A DNA stretch of 64,000 nt, from the NCBI GenBank assembly GCA_951406725.2, contig OX597818.1, forward strand, positions 102,920,001 to 102,984,000, in the 5' to 3' direction. The notes under the pieces are model-generated. The model searched no databases and had not been told where the DNA came from. It saw nothing but the letters and a program-made list of their open reading frames with translations. The position numbers and the translations under genes are program-made. Of this stretch, positions 40,820 to 54,352 are shown in pieces; the stretch's first letter is position 1; the number at the start of each line of letters is the position of its first letter. The DNA comes from Octopus vulgaris (Eukaryota).

Positions 40820-41360
40820 GAGTGAGAGAGCAGTGCATGCTATCAAAGTGACACGGGTAAAATATACGAAACTCATGACTACCCATGATAAGGGTACACC
40901 AGGCACATGCATCACAACCATATGTGCGCGACGTGGTGATCTCAAAACAAGATAAACAGCGCATGACCTTGCGGATGGGGCCCAGTTAGAATTTTCTTCC
41001 GGTCGGGTAAACCATCCCACCCAAAAGCTCCCTGATTAAGGGTTATTTAATGATGTTGAACGAATCACCCATGTTTCCAGAGATGAATTATTCAAGCCCC
41101 AAATAATCCCTCTCAACACATGGCTATGATGCTCCCCCACTACTTCTACTCGTGATCAGAGATGCACATATCGTCAGCCACTAAGGGACATGGTCAACTG
41201 GTGAAGGTCAAACAACTGACAAGAAAATCTGTGATATTGAGCAGAATATTTGCGGTAGCCCATCTTTTATACCAAAACATCTTTATTCCAAGACAAAACA
41301 ATATACATGACAAAACTTCTTGTCAGTTAAGCTCAAAAGCCATGGGAGCCGCTGCTTGTA
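40820..41360. mobile_element. Non-coding element of about 540 bp embedded in (TTA)n/(TTC)n
   Basis: Complex sequence sharply bounded by (TTA)n on the left and (TTC)n(TTA)n on the right, like the neighbouring RLE fragment; single copy in the window. Confidence 0.5.
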
Positions 41361-41434
41361 TTTCTTCTTCTTCTTCTTCTTCTTCTTCTTCTTCTTCTTC
41401 TTCTTCTTCTTCTTCTTCTTCTTCTTCTTCTTTC

Positions 41435-41517
<83 letters not shown>

Positions 41518-41584
41518 TTACAATTTACAGAAATAGAACAGGAAATAAATACACAAACAATAATTTATGAAGTAATTAGATACG

Positions 41585-41644
<60 letters not shown>

Positions 41645-41647
<3 letters not shown>

Positions 41648-41884
41648 TGTTGGCCAAAAGTCATCCGACAGTAAATCAAAATTCTATGAATACTTAATAT
41701 TCAATTTTATTTAATCATTCTAATTGTTTAATAATTGAATACTGTAAGTTAAAGTCACCGTTTGCTTCAACATTTGTCTATTTATTAGCGAAGTATCATA
41801 TAAAATAATTTTCTGTTTTAATCCTAATCTTGGGATTAAATGGGCTAATGGGCTTTGATTTACTATCACGTGACTTTAGGCCAA
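41645..41884. mobile_element. Tc1-like MITE
   Basis: TA-cagtgttggccaaaagtcatccgacagtaaatcaaa ... tttgatttactatcacgtgactttaggccaa; inserted in (TA)n. Confidence 0.7.
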
Positions 41885-41899
41885 TATATATATATATAT

Positions 41900-41947
<48 letters not shown>

Positions 41948-41978
41948 CATATATATATATATATATATGTATTATAAC

Positions 41979-42040
<62 letters not shown>

Positions 42041-42310
42041 TATATATATATAAAACACAAAAGGTAAAATATATGTATGCAAATAAAAATACAAATATAT
42101 AGAACGGCCTATGAAGAAGGTGTATACAATCGATTAAAATTTCTAAAGCGTGTTAGGCGACTAAAAATCTACAATAAAATATCAATTAACTAAAAACAGT
42201 ATTTTTTTACTACCCTCAATTAAAAATATGTCAACAAAGTTCGTTTCATACAAACCATGGTAGTTTGGAATCCAGGAGTATAAGAGAGTTCCACAAAATC
42301 AAGTCAAACA

Positions 42311-42394
42311 CATCTATGGTCATTTCGGGAGTTCCTTGCCGCGGTTCCATTACGAGTTAAGGTGCATCTCAGCAATAAACCCCTCATCAGGATG
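42311..42394 (-). ncRNA. Minimal type I hammerhead ribozyme motif
   Basis: Minus: catc-CTGATGA-gggg...tccc-GAAA-tgacca-TA-gatg. Canonical core, 4-bp stem I, extended helix II, AUA triplet. Confidence 0.78.
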
Positions 42395-42399
42395 AACAG

Positions 42400-42474
<75 letters not shown>

Positions 42475-42530
42475 GTAAGACAACAAAAAATGAAACACAC
42501 CTCGATATTATGTAAATAGAGGAATTTATC

Positions 42531-42701
42531 TGTAAATACAATATGTGACAGTTATTCGGTAGCCATGATAAAACTCCAAGTTTCGGATGTTGGGGCGGAA
42601 ATCCACGCCGCCATCTCTTCAGCACTTTTTCGATGGCTGGATGACTGAAGAGATAGCGGAGTTTTATCATGGCTACCGAATAACTGTCACATATATTTAC
42701 A
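42531..42701. repeat. Inverted repeat enclosing two opposed partial hammerhead motifs
   Basis: Arms 42531-42577 and 42658-42701; CTGAAGA cores at 42616-42622 (-) and 42645-42651 (+). Confidence 0.75.
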
Positions 42702-42907
42702 TATATATATACATATATTTTTTGATAATATATTATTATCATTATTATTAATATAAGGAAATTAATATCCAAACTCATCATAAAAATATACCCGTGTGAA
42801 AGAAATTATTGTATTAAAAATATATAAGAATAAATAAATATAAAAATATAAATATAATGTATAAAATACATTTGATAGTTTAAAAATTTTGAATTAATTA
42901 TTTAAGC

Positions 42908-42995
42908 ATCTTACGGTCGTTTCGCAGAAGAGTCGTCTCTATAATGAAATCCTATATTGATAAGCATTTAGACAACCCTTCTGCTCTTCAGAGAT
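42908..42995 (-). ncRNA. Minimal type I hammerhead ribozyme motif
   Basis: Minus: atct-CTGAAGA-gcagaagggttgtct...agacgactcttctgc-GAAA-cgaccg-TA-agat. 15-bp helix II with G-U pairs, GUA triplet. Confidence 0.85.
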
Positions 42996-43664
42996 ATAAA
43001 ATATGAATATTGTATAATATATCGAATGATAGTTTTTTTTTTTAAATATGAAGTAAAATTGTAAACTGGTGTTTGTTTGAAATGTAAAATAAAAATTAAA
43101 AATCACTACTTTTGATGAGAGTCTTTAAATCCATATATATTTCCTTGGTTATTCTACTGCGATAATCCATAATATTCATACTCAAAATCCGCCATATTAT
43201 CTTGTATTCCAGTATAGTTCATATATTTAGTTTAGAAATGTAAAAATTGTATATACTTTAGTATAAGAATCTTGAAATTCATATGTCTTCTTGGTAATTC
43301 CTCTGTAGCAATCCATGACACTTTTGTCTTGGTAATTCTTCTGTAGCAATCCATCATATTTTTGTTAAAAATTCATTATATTATCCGGTAATCCAAATAT
43401 AGTTCATAATACAAAATCAAATTATATTTTAAATTATATTTGAAGCTATGAAATTGTAAAACTATAAACTGGTCATTGTATTTCTTTTATATTTTTATTT
43501 TTATAATTGGAAGATACCAATTGATATTTTAGATTTTTAAATTTAATTCAATTATAACTCGTATTAAATATATAAATACTTTGATAGTATCAATATTTTT
43601 ATACAATGGAGCATTCAATATAAATTCAGTATATAATATTCTCATTGAATATATCTACCTAAAG

Positions 43665-43722
<58 letters not shown>

Positions 43723-43794
43723 ATATATAACGGAGTAAGCACATAAATGCGAAACAAGGTGGAAAAATAGTACTTGAATACCAGAGGTAGAGTA

Positions 43795-43909
43795 ATATGC
43801 TTTATTAAAAAGCAGCAGAAATATTGTCGAACAAAAACTGTCCGACGAACGGGAACGTGAAACTCTGAGTATTTTTGTGATATTTCTGCTGCTTTTTAAT
43901 AAAGTATAT
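43795..43909. repeat. 30-bp inverted repeat around a degenerate hammerhead core
   Basis: atatgctttattaaaaagcagcagaaatat / atatttctgctgctttttaataaagtatat; inside, cCGACGA-acg-ggaa-cgt-GAAA-ctctgag-TA (43842-43871). Confidence 0.7.
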
Positions 43910-43916
43910 ATATATA

Positions 43917-44564
43917 TAGAGTGTTCGGACTAAGTGTTTTTATGCTACATTTCCTCTTTTCAGTAACAGTCAACGTCGTTGGAAAGCATAAAGTGTAAAG
44001 TTGTTACTGAGAATAAGTTAGATGGCATGGAAGCCATCTGAATATTGGAGAAGAACTTATTGCATCCGGGTATCAAAATGCCAACTTCACTTTATACGGT
44101 AAAGTTTGGAAGACGTGATAAGGACGGATGCAACAGAAACTACGAAGCCGTTGACTGTAGCCAGCGGCACTTCGAATTCCATGAAGCGACTGATGAATAG
44201 GGTCATTATCTCATTTCAGACAGCAGTGTGAAGCTGCTGGAGACTGTGTTCAAACTCTGGCTGGAGAGGCCAAATGTATGGCAGCAGGATTCGGTTCTTT
44301 TGCAGCTTCAAAGCCGAGCTGGTGGCCAACATCAATGAAGTGTTCGCAGATCATTTCAGAAACACAGTGAAGAATGCATGCGCCAGGTTTTGGAGCGCTC
44401 TTGAGGCTGTGGAGAAAGTTGAAGGCAGCTACTTTGAGTAAACCGTTTTCTTCCAGCCTTAATTTAGATGATAGTTTTTTGAACATTTAGAATACTTTAT
44501 TTTTTGATGTAATATTGTTTTCATTCCTTTTATGGAAGCTGTCAAGTGTAGTCAAAACCCCCTG
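43917..44564 (+). mobile_element. Internally deleted maT/DD37D-like DNA transposon
   Basis: Remnants VKLLETVFKLWLERPNVWQQDS and INEVFADHFRNTVKNACARFWSALEAVEKVEGSYFE*; right end aaaaccccctg-TA; left TIR weak. Confidence 0.7.
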
Positions 44565-45547
44565 TATACACACTAATATAAAACAGTGGGAATGAGTGCT
44601 CAATATCGCATTGGTGGTTAAATATTCTTTATTTGTGGGTTAATAAGGTAACCGATGGTTTCATGTCAAGGCTTCTTCACAATTGTTCAAGCGTGCACGT
44701 GGGTGTATTGGTATAATTAATGTTTGTTTTTATTTTCAGTCATAATGAAAATAATTTTACATTAATCTCAAGGTTTACTCCATACTTTTGTAAAGTACAA
44801 ATTTATTATCATTTAATGATAATAATATTGACAGTGAATTCGATGTTTTGGCCAGCTAAGTCATAATTAGACTGTATATTACGCACTTACACACACACAC
44901 ACATATATATGTGTATATGCATGAATACATGTATTTGTGTATATGCGAGTGGGCATGTCTGCATGTATGTGTGTGTGCGTGTGTGGGCAGAGGTCTACGG
45001 AAGCTGTCTGTGCATGTTAATATAATGCAACGTTAATTAAAATATGTAACAACAATGAAATATTATCCAAAGTGAATGGAAATTTGTTTCAATATTTTGT
45101 GGGCTCTCTTTTAATTAATATCAAAGCTTTCATGCGATCACGCTTAGGTTTGATTAAATCCATGGTTATTTACACTTCTGTTAATGCTTCATTCAGCTTC
45201 TTTAATCTTCCTAATCGTTCATGTAATTTTCAGTGATCTTGCTTTCAAGCCTTCTCTGAAGATGTTCTAAAATATGTATAATTAGATTAAGATCGTGACT
45301 TTGCACAACCCATTTGAGAGTTTCGATTTTTGTGAGATCCTCTCTAACGTTGTGATGCATTTCGTTTATGACTCAAGGATCGATATTCTTGGAAAAAGTG
45401 GCCTTCTTATCAGACTCTACTCTGGAATAGATAAATAGATAAGTAGGTCGGTCGATCGGTAAGTAGGTAGGTTGGTAGGCAGGTAAGTAGGTAGGTAGTA
45501 GTAATTAAACTGACACACAGATAGATAGATAGACATATATATATATA

Positions 45548-46840
45548 CGAGGGACGTTCAATAAGTAATGCCTCTGACTCACTTGCAGATGTTTGATCTA
45601 GCTGAAATTTTGCATGTGCAATCATTTATATCTCTATAGAGTAAGTGGCAAATTACAGCTCTGAATTAATTGTGGTTTCTGATTTACAGGATTTTGAACC
45701 GAGTCAAGTGTGAAATTGAGCCTGTTGAGTGTCGAGCAGTGATCCGGTTTTTGTATTTGAAAGGACTCACACCACGGGAGACTTTTGATGAAATGAAAGT
45801 AACTTATGGTGATGATGCCCCATCCATTGATGACCTTGTAAAACGCTGGCATCGTGTATTCAAACATGGTCGGAACTCTGTGGAAACAGCTCCCAGATCT
45901 GGTCGCCCCTTCTGCCATTGATGAGGCATCTGTCCGTCAAGTTGAGGCTGCCATTTTGGAAGATTGATGCATAATTATTTCGCCAAATAGCCCATGAGGT
46001 CAAGATTAGTACCGAGTCTGTGGAAACTATCATTCATGACCATTTGCATATGCAAAAGGTGTCTGCCAGAGGGATTTCCAGGTTGCTCGCGCCTTTCCAG
46101 AAGCAAGAACGCGTCGAGTGCTCGAGGGTGAATTTGGAGATGTGCCAAGAAGATGAGTCAAAATTTTTCAAAAGACTGATTACACAGGATGAAACCTGGG
46201 TCCATCACGATGATCCAGAGACCAAAAGCCCAGTCAATTCAGTGGAAGCACCGTGACTCACCCCCTCCAAAGAAGGCAAGGGTGCAGCCCTCCGCTGGCA
46301 AGGTCATGCTCACAGTCTTCTGGGACCAGGACGGAGTAGTGATGACAGATTTCCTGGAAAAGGGTACCACAATTGCAGGAGCCTATTATGCTTCACTTTT
46401 GAGGAAATTAAGAGAATCTATCAAAATCAAGAATTGGGGCAAGATCAGCAAAGGCATCCTCCTCTTGCAGGACAACGCTCCGGTCCACAACTCGCTTGTC
46501 GCCAGATCAGAAGCACAGGCGTATGGCTATGAAATCCTCCCCATGCCCCTACTTTCCTGACCTTGCACCCTCTGATTTTCACCTCTTCCCAATCATGAAG
46601 TTGTTTTTGAAAGGAAAGCGTTTCCCAGATGATGCAGCCTTGATTTCTGAAGTCACGTTGAGGTTGGAGGACCGAGCTGGGTTCTTCTACAAAACGGTCT
46701 CCAGAGCCGCATCAAACGATGGGAGAAATGCATAACTCTGGGTGGTTCCTATGTAGAAAAAGACTAATATCTGTGCCAAGTTTCGTTGCTCTACTGCTAT
46801 GGGAAGTGGGTCAGGGGCATTACTTATTGAACGCCCCTCG
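45548..46840 (+). mobile_element. Full-length mariner transposon, irritans-subfamily-like
   Basis: 37-bp TIRs cgaggg(a/g)cgttcaataagtaatgcc(t/c)ctgac(t/c)cactt; TA flanks; 1293 bp. Confidence 0.95.
45715..46767 (+). pseudogene. Mariner transposase pseudogene
   Basis: ECRAVIRFLYLKG..PRSGRP, ITQDETWVHH, SAGKVMLTVFWD, QDNAPVH, PYFPDLAPSDFHLF; several frameshifts; stop at 46765-46767. Confidence 0.93.
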
Positions 46841-46981
46841 TATATATATATATATATTCAAGATTAATCAGCCGAAATTGCGAGGATGATTCGGTTGTTT
46901 TTGTATCGTGTATCTGGATGTTTTGTTGTCCCTTTTTGTATCACTTTGTTGTCCGGATGTTTTGCGTTTTGTCCCATTTTG

Positions 46982-47040
<59 letters not shown>

Positions 47041-47136
47041 TAGGCAGACAAAGATAAACAGACAGACAGACAGATAGATAGATAGATAGTTAGACAAACA
47101 GACAAATTGGTATATATATATATATGTGTGTGTGTG

Positions 47137-47183
<47 letters not shown>

Positions 47184-47910
47184 GGGAGACAAACAGACAG
47201 TAGACACTTTCCAGATAGATGTCATATTTGGTTCATTTAAATGGTTTAGCCTAAAACTGAATTCTTCTGTATCTTTTTTTCAAATCATCGTTACACCTTA
47301 TCTCCAACTTCTCTATATTTAGCTTTCCTCTCCAAACACTCCAGCTTTCATGTTTCAGTTTCATTGCATCACATACATTTGTCTTGAACTGGAAAATTGG
47401 TAGAATTTACATTTGGAGATAATAATATTCATGACCTATACTCGTGTTCCTTGTCGCAAAACTTAAACCTTTTTGGCTTATTAGCTTTGCTATTATTGAT
47501 TTCTTTCTTCCAACACTCTCTTCATATTCAACACTTTATTTATATCCAACGTTTTTCAATGCAGCTCATACGCAATATAGCGGCATATTTATAGAATTTG
47601 CAACCTTTCTCAGAGTTCAGGCTAATATTTAATGAGTATACATCATTCCTCTGAGGATTTTACCATTCCAGAAAATAAATCTATGATCATTTCTTCACTG
47701 GACTATGCAATTCTTTCATCCACCACTTGATTATGTTAAAAACTGCTTGATGGATAAAACTAAAATGTCCACATCCTTCTGCACTGGACTTTCCATATAA
47801 TATTTAGCCAATGATTTACTTTAATGTAAATTCTTGGCTACCTTTGTCCTGACGGTTGCCTTTACTGCAAACACACACACACACTACCCTTATATGTATA
47901 CCTATATATA

Positions 47911-48125
47911 CGAGGGGGTGCTGAAATGTCCTGGTTTTGGGTAAAAGAAAATACAGGAGAATCAGTTAATTATGATTTTATTTAACATATTTCCTGTTCA
48001 GATTCACACACGTATTGCAGTAGCCCTTCATTTTTTCTAGGCCTTGTAAAAAAATTCAGAAGGTTTGAACTCCAATCAGTCCTTTCGCGTTACCCTTCAA
48101 GCGAGGACCTTTACAGCACCCCACC
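47911..48125 (-). mobile_element. Mariner-derived MITE
   Basis: TA-cgagggggtgctgaaatgtcctgg TIR and decayed partner ggacctttacagcacccc; second copy inverted at 62989. Confidence 0.75.
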
Positions 48126-48136
48126 AATATATATAT

Positions 48137-48527
48137 TCGTAGTAGCACTGGACTGCTTCAAGCTCCGCTGTTAATTTGGCACTATATGGTGATTATAACT
48201 GGGAACAGTAGTTCAGGAAGCTGAGGACAAAGGTTCTTCACAGGGTCAACATAGTTACTTGGTATCCTGTCGTGAAGGACTTCAGTATTCATTCTGCCAG
48301 CTGTCTGTACTTTGCTACCATCTTGCTTACGTACATATGAAATGATGCGTCATTGCCCAAACTGATCCCCAAGTCTTTCACTGCCTGTGACTCTGAGATT
48401 GTAGTGCCTTCAGGTCCTGCATATGCAAGCTGTAGTGCATTCGTGAGTAGATAGTGCAGTGCTTGAAATTTCCCAGCCTTTTAATGCATGCTGTTTATTT
48501 CGGCTCACTTGTATATCGAATTCAGCA
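48137..48527 (-). pseudogene. CR1-group LINE RT C-terminal fragment
   Basis: LNSIYK*AEINSM..GKFQAL..VKDLGISLGNDASFHMYVSKM..ILKSF..FVLSFLNYCSQL*SP..ELEAVQ. Confidence 0.8.
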
Positions 48528-48633
48528 ATTGAGGGTAAAATTAATTAATTATTAATCAATTTCACCAAGTATTCAGTATGTAAAGGGACCATTTTAGGCG
48601 AATTCAAAATATTACATTATATATATAAGGGCT

Positions 48634-48669
<36 letters not shown>

Positions 48670-48861
48670 TATTCTCCATGATAGATCGCAAGCCACTACA
48701 CATTCTTTATTTTCTTTCCTTGTTTCCTTCTGTGTTCCTTTCTGTGGAAGAGTGTAGGTTCGAAACGTTAAAGACTTTTCACTTCTCGAGCGTTATACTA
48801 ATACATCTGTTTGTTGTCTACACCACCTGACTTCGTCTTTTGTTTTTTTATGAAGTCTCCC

Positions 48862-48892
<31 letters not shown>

Positions 48893-48911
48893 ATACGTTT
48901 ATATGCATGTA

Positions 48912-49121
48912 TACTCTTTTACTTGTTTCAGTCATTTGACTGTGGCCATGCTAAAGCACCGCATTTAGTCGAGAAAATCGACCAAAGGACTTATTCTTTG
49001 TAAGCCTAGTACTTATTCTATCGGTCTCTTTTACCGAACCGCTAGGTTACGGGTCGTAAACACACCGGCATGTGTTGTCAAGCGATGTTGGGGACAAACA
49101 CAGACACACAAACATACACAC

Positions 49122-49172
<51 letters not shown>

Positions 49173-49336
49173 TACGACGGGCTTCTTTCAGTTTCCGTCT
49201 ACCAAATCCATTTACAAGGCTCTGGTCTGCCCGAGGCTAATGTAGAAGACACTTGCCCAAGGTGCCACGCAGTGGGACTGAACCCGGAACCATGTGGTTG
49301 GTAAGGAAGCTACTTACCACATAGCCACTCCTACGC
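48912..49336 (-). mobile_element. Family B SINE, full length
   Basis: Homology to the 19512 copy. Confidence 0.92.
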
Positions 49337-50054
49337 TGTATGTAAGTTATGTAAACAATGACCTCAGAAAAAATATTACTCAAATTTGATCAAACATGAA
49401 TTAACACCTGAGAACGCAAATATTCAGTGCAAAATATTAATAGGAAAATCATAAAATCAAATGAAAAATCGACTCACAATTACATCACGATAAGACAGGA
49501 GATATAAAATATGCTCGGAACTGTTATAGAACAATAGAAAACTTAATAGTAAATGGTTTAATAGTAGGCTTGTTGTTATAATGTTGAGATAAATGCATCT
49601 TACGTCACTCTAGTTGTTTCGTTGATAAACATCTAGAACATTAACGATCCGAAAGTTTGAAGACAATCAGTAAATACACAATGAATTTCCGGCATTTTAT
49701 CTCGAGAACTTTAACTTTTATCTCGCACTTATAATGGAGGTAACTCTCAATAAATATTCCACGGTTAGTTTTGATCGAATAGGCTATAACAAACAATTAG
49801 TTTTTGGGTGGAATGATACGATGTGAAACACAAACAGAGTACTCTTGGGATCATAGTCTGTACTCAGTCTGAGAATGCTGCATTTTCTCTCATCATGTAA
49901 AGCAATTTTGAGTAAGCTATATAGTTAGATAAGTTAGGATTACGTATGATATGAACTATCTACGACAGACTACTTTGCTTATTCTATTCTTCTAGAGGAA
50001 ATACTATATTCTCTATTGTAGACAAAAGAGTGCATTGTATGTTACTGGATATTA

Positions 50055-50288
50055 AGGCGGTGAGCTGGCAGAAACGTTAGCACGCCGGGCGAAATGCGTA
50101 GCCGTATTTCGTCTGCCGTTACGTTCTGAGTTCAAATTCCGCCAAGGTCGACTTTGCCTTTCATCCTTTCGGGGTCGATAAATTAAGTACCAGTTACGCA
50201 CTGGAGTCGATATAATCGACTTAATCCGTTTGTCTGTCCTTGTTTGTCCCCTCTGTGTTTAGCCCCTTGTGGGTAGTAAAGAAATATA
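50055..50288 (+). mobile_element. Family A tRNA-derived SINE, full length with 17-bp TSD
   Basis: Box A-like gagctggcaga, box B gagttcaaattcc; TSD tatgttactggatatta at 50038-50054 and 50289-50305. Confidence 0.94.
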
Positions 50289-52221
50289 TATGTTACTGGA
50301 TATTATTTTGCCTTATTGTGGCTAGAAATGGACGTGTTTTGGAGATTTGGTTGGATGCATGTTTTACTTATGATCAGGATCCCATTCGGGTTTTAAAAAC
50401 AATGCCATTCTGCCAAGCGTTTCGATCCATCAACCCAGTTCTGTGTCATTCTTGCTGGTACCATACCGTGGATCCCAGGAAACAAGTTTGATACGTCTTT
50501 TTCTATCCGATACCGTATGCGATGTCATGATGCGGGGCGATGTCATTCTCTGGTCTTGTCGGTCACTTTTGAAAGGTTGCAATAGAGATGTCCATTAGTC
50601 ACGTGCGCTTGTTATTTTGCCATTCACAGCATCCATGTGACCTCTTCTTTGCTGCCATACAAAAGCACTGACTCAGCAGTAGATACATTGTTTCTATTCC
50701 GTTGTGGGCGCCTTTAGCAGGATTGAACTCAGCGCAGTTAGGGGTTTCTAATGAGATTTATGAGGATAATTTTATACAGTATACCTGTTTTTATTATTTC
50801 ACTGTATTGAACAGGAAAGGGTATTGCGCTTGCTAATCGTAAAGAAATTAGGAATTTGTATAACAAACCCTGCTGCTTTCATGCCTCAGTGCCTCAGCTT
50901 TGGTGAGTGCCTGTGTTAATGTGTAGGGCTCAGTAAATTTATATAAGTTATTTGTGTTCTTGGAGATGGGTGTGGTCCTGACCAACTTATCTTTTTAGAT
51001 TTACCTAGGATTAAACTACCTTGTAAATATTTCCGCATTATGCTCTTTCTTTAACCCTCTTTGGATACCCAGGCCGATTGATCGGCCCAACTGATACAAA
51101 CTGAAAGGATTTGGAGGCCGATCCATCGTCCCGATGGAACAAATGTTGTAAATGGTTGGTTTTGAAGTGTAATTGCTAATCAGATATCATCATTCAGTAG
51201 ATGTATCTCAAAAGAAAAAATAGTCTGGTTATTTTGGCTACACGTACCATAATACCGTGTGTCTCAAAAGTGTTAAGCAGCAGGTTGTAATTCGAGGAAG
51301 ATTTAGCAGATTGAGTACTCGCAATGAGTTAGTCTTACGTGTTTCAGGGAAGGTGGTTAAGCTAATTTTCAATATCGAACGATTATGATTTGATCTGTGT
51401 TCAGCTACTAGCAAGGAATCTGCTAAGATTGACGGTGTCGATTATTTTCCTATCTATGTACTTTTGGATATTTAAAACGTGCGCCATTGTTCTGTGACTT
51501 CAGAGAGATATATCGAAGTTGTCTGCCAAAACTTGAACATATTTCCCCAATGTATAATATGATGTTATCAAATGTGTGAGAAAAGAAATTCAAATAGTAC
51601 ATTATATGTAATATTTCGTGTAAGAGATATTAATATCAGATACTGCGATGTAGCGTCGCCTTGTAACAAATGTTAAACATGAGAAACCATAATGTGACAG
51701 GTGACGACGGATAATTTTTTCCGATTAATTTTTCGTTCTATCTCTTACGAGTTTCATTGTTTTGGCCAATTTTTTTTTCCATTTATTATACCAAGCATAC
51801 ATCTTAATTTCCTTACTTGATATTATAGTTTTCAAATTGCTGTGACCTTAAACCTTGCCTCTCTTTTTTTCGGAGATGGTCTCGGTACAACCGGTCCGAA
51901 CGTCATTAAATTCATTGGCTGTTTACACTCTACTGTATTGATCTGACTCTCTCTCCCACGCAACTCACTTTTGTTCGCTGTGTGTGTGTCTGTGTATGTA
52001 TGTGTGGTTTATGTGTGTGTATGTGTGTGTGTGTGTCTGTTGTGTGTGTATCTGTTGTGTGTGTATATGTATTCTACATATATTTGTATGTATGTATATG
52101 TATGTACATATATATGTATATGTATGTACATATATATGTATTGTATACATGTATATGTATGTACATGTATATGTATGTACATATATATTATATTATAATA
52201 TTATATTATATTATATTATAT

Positions 52222-52290
<69 letters not shown>

Positions 52291-52608
52291 TGTGTGTATG
52301 TATATACACACACATAAAAACGATAAACGTCGCCCTTTTCAAGCCTAACCAGTCTCATGATCCCAGGTTTCCGTGGCGTATGTGTCCCCCCGACCTGGAC
52401 GGGACGACAGTCCATCGCAGCGTTACTCAAGAAAGAGGAAGAGAGAGTGAGAGAAAGTTGTAGCAAAAGAGTACAACAGGGGTCACCACCGCACCCCCCT
52501 GCCGGAGCCTCGTGGAGCTTTTAGGTGTCTTCGCTCAATAAACACACACAACGCCCGGTCTGGGAATCGAAACCGCGATCCTCCGACCATTGCGCCTCCA
52601 TTGCACCT

Positions 52609-52640
<32 letters not shown>

Positions 52641-53142
52641 TTACATATCGCTTCATTTAGTTATTTTACTGCGACCATGCTGTGGTATCACCTTGAAGAG
52701 TTTTAATTGAATAAATGGACTCCAGTACAAGGACGTAAACAATCCTACACCGGATATCAAGCGGTGGATGGAGGTCAAACATACAGACACAAAGACAATG
52801 TAGTGGGAGGGGACTAGTCGATTACATTGACGGATCCCAGACTGGTGCTACTATTCCGGATCAGTGCAGATCTAGGAACAACACCGGCAAGGAGATAGTT
52901 CTACACTCCTTCTCCTTAAATCCCTAAAATTCCTGGACTAATTTCCCACAACCGGATGTAGTTAAAAGTCATACGTAGGGGTTTGAACAACAAACACGTT
53001 AAATGTTATATCAATAATGTTTCTATAACGAAGCTAGTTCTGTATACATGCACACACGGACACACATACACACACGAACGCTCACCCACACACCCACACA
53101 GACCCCACACACACATACACCCTCACACAAATACACACCACC

Positions 53143-53182
<40 letters not shown>

Positions 53183-53366
53183 ATTAATAATATTAGGGTA
53201 ATAAAGATTTTAGAAATGTTTACTACCAGTAAGCCTAGCGTATAGGAAATTTAGTCAATAGACTATATATTATTCATATAAATAGAGTGGTTTAGACTTT
53301 AGCTGTTCCTTCTAGCATAAGGGATTACTATGATGGAAACCTCTCAATGTGTTTAAATGTACACTG

Positions 53367-53403
<37 letters not shown>

Positions 53404-53956
53404 TATATATAAGTCTGCTTCTGCACGTGTGAATCATGTGTATGCTTGAGTGCATTGACAGTCTAAGATCGATAAATTTACTTCATTCTATTCATTTGAC
53501 AATAAATATATGGCTTGGTGCCAGTTTGATTCGACAAATGAGGATGGTGGATTTGGGAGATTTATTGTTGCTAATGTTTAGCTTCAAGTTATTCTATTTT
53601 AGCAAACAGATCATCAAAAGGAGTGCCAGGTGCGAAGTCTTTTCCTTTTTTGCATATCTTGTGTATCTTATTGAATGTGTTTTTTTTTTCCTATAAGGCA
53701 GTACAGCATGATTTGAGAAGACAAGGCTGCCAATTCTGAGACAGAGAATACTCTTAGAAGCTTCTATATTGATTCTGATTGAGTTCGAAGTTCGATCTTG
53801 GTCGGCGATAGGACTCTGCACTATACAACCTACAACCTTGTCAATTGGTTTGATTGCTTCCGATTTAGATTTGCATCTAATTTTCAGAAAACATCAAAAT
53901 AAATTTTATGGTCTGTGCTTTTGTGGCATTGACTCAAGTCTACTCTGATCATGCAA

Positions 53957-54352
53957 TCTCCCTCTATATATAAAGCTGAAGTTGTCTGTGTATGGCAGGT
54001 TTGGTAACCTTCAACTAACACTATCTCCTCCGAGACCCTGCGGCGCAAGTTGACCAAAATAAAGAGTATGATAGAAGAAGGCTTACTCTTCATTCCGTAG
54101 AAGAGAAAATGCAAATCGGACCATGTTAACACAAAAAATTATTTACATCAAAAAGGAGCTTTTTTTTCTATGAAAATCTCTATTTTTTAACGATTTTTTG
54201 ACTGCTGTGTCGCCATTTGTCGGTGTATTTCAACCAGAAAAATGTTCATTTAAAGGGAATAACAATCTACATAATGCAAAACCTTTACTTTTCAAAAATT
54301 TCAATTCTAAAGGGTCGAAACAAACCCGAGCAACGCCGGGCGATACTTCTAG
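53957..54352 (+). mobile_element. Non-autonomous Helitron
   Basis: A|TC...cccgagcaacgccggg hairpin...CTAG|T; third copy of the family. Confidence 0.88.

Noticed and set aside
44645-44685. Hammerhead-like gTGAAGA...GAAAccatcggTT on minus
   Set aside because: Helix II and stem I do not pair; too decayed to call.
50310-51200. Moderately GC-rich segment, possible decayed retroelement or exon
   Set aside because: No convincing motif, long ORF or splice pattern by eye.
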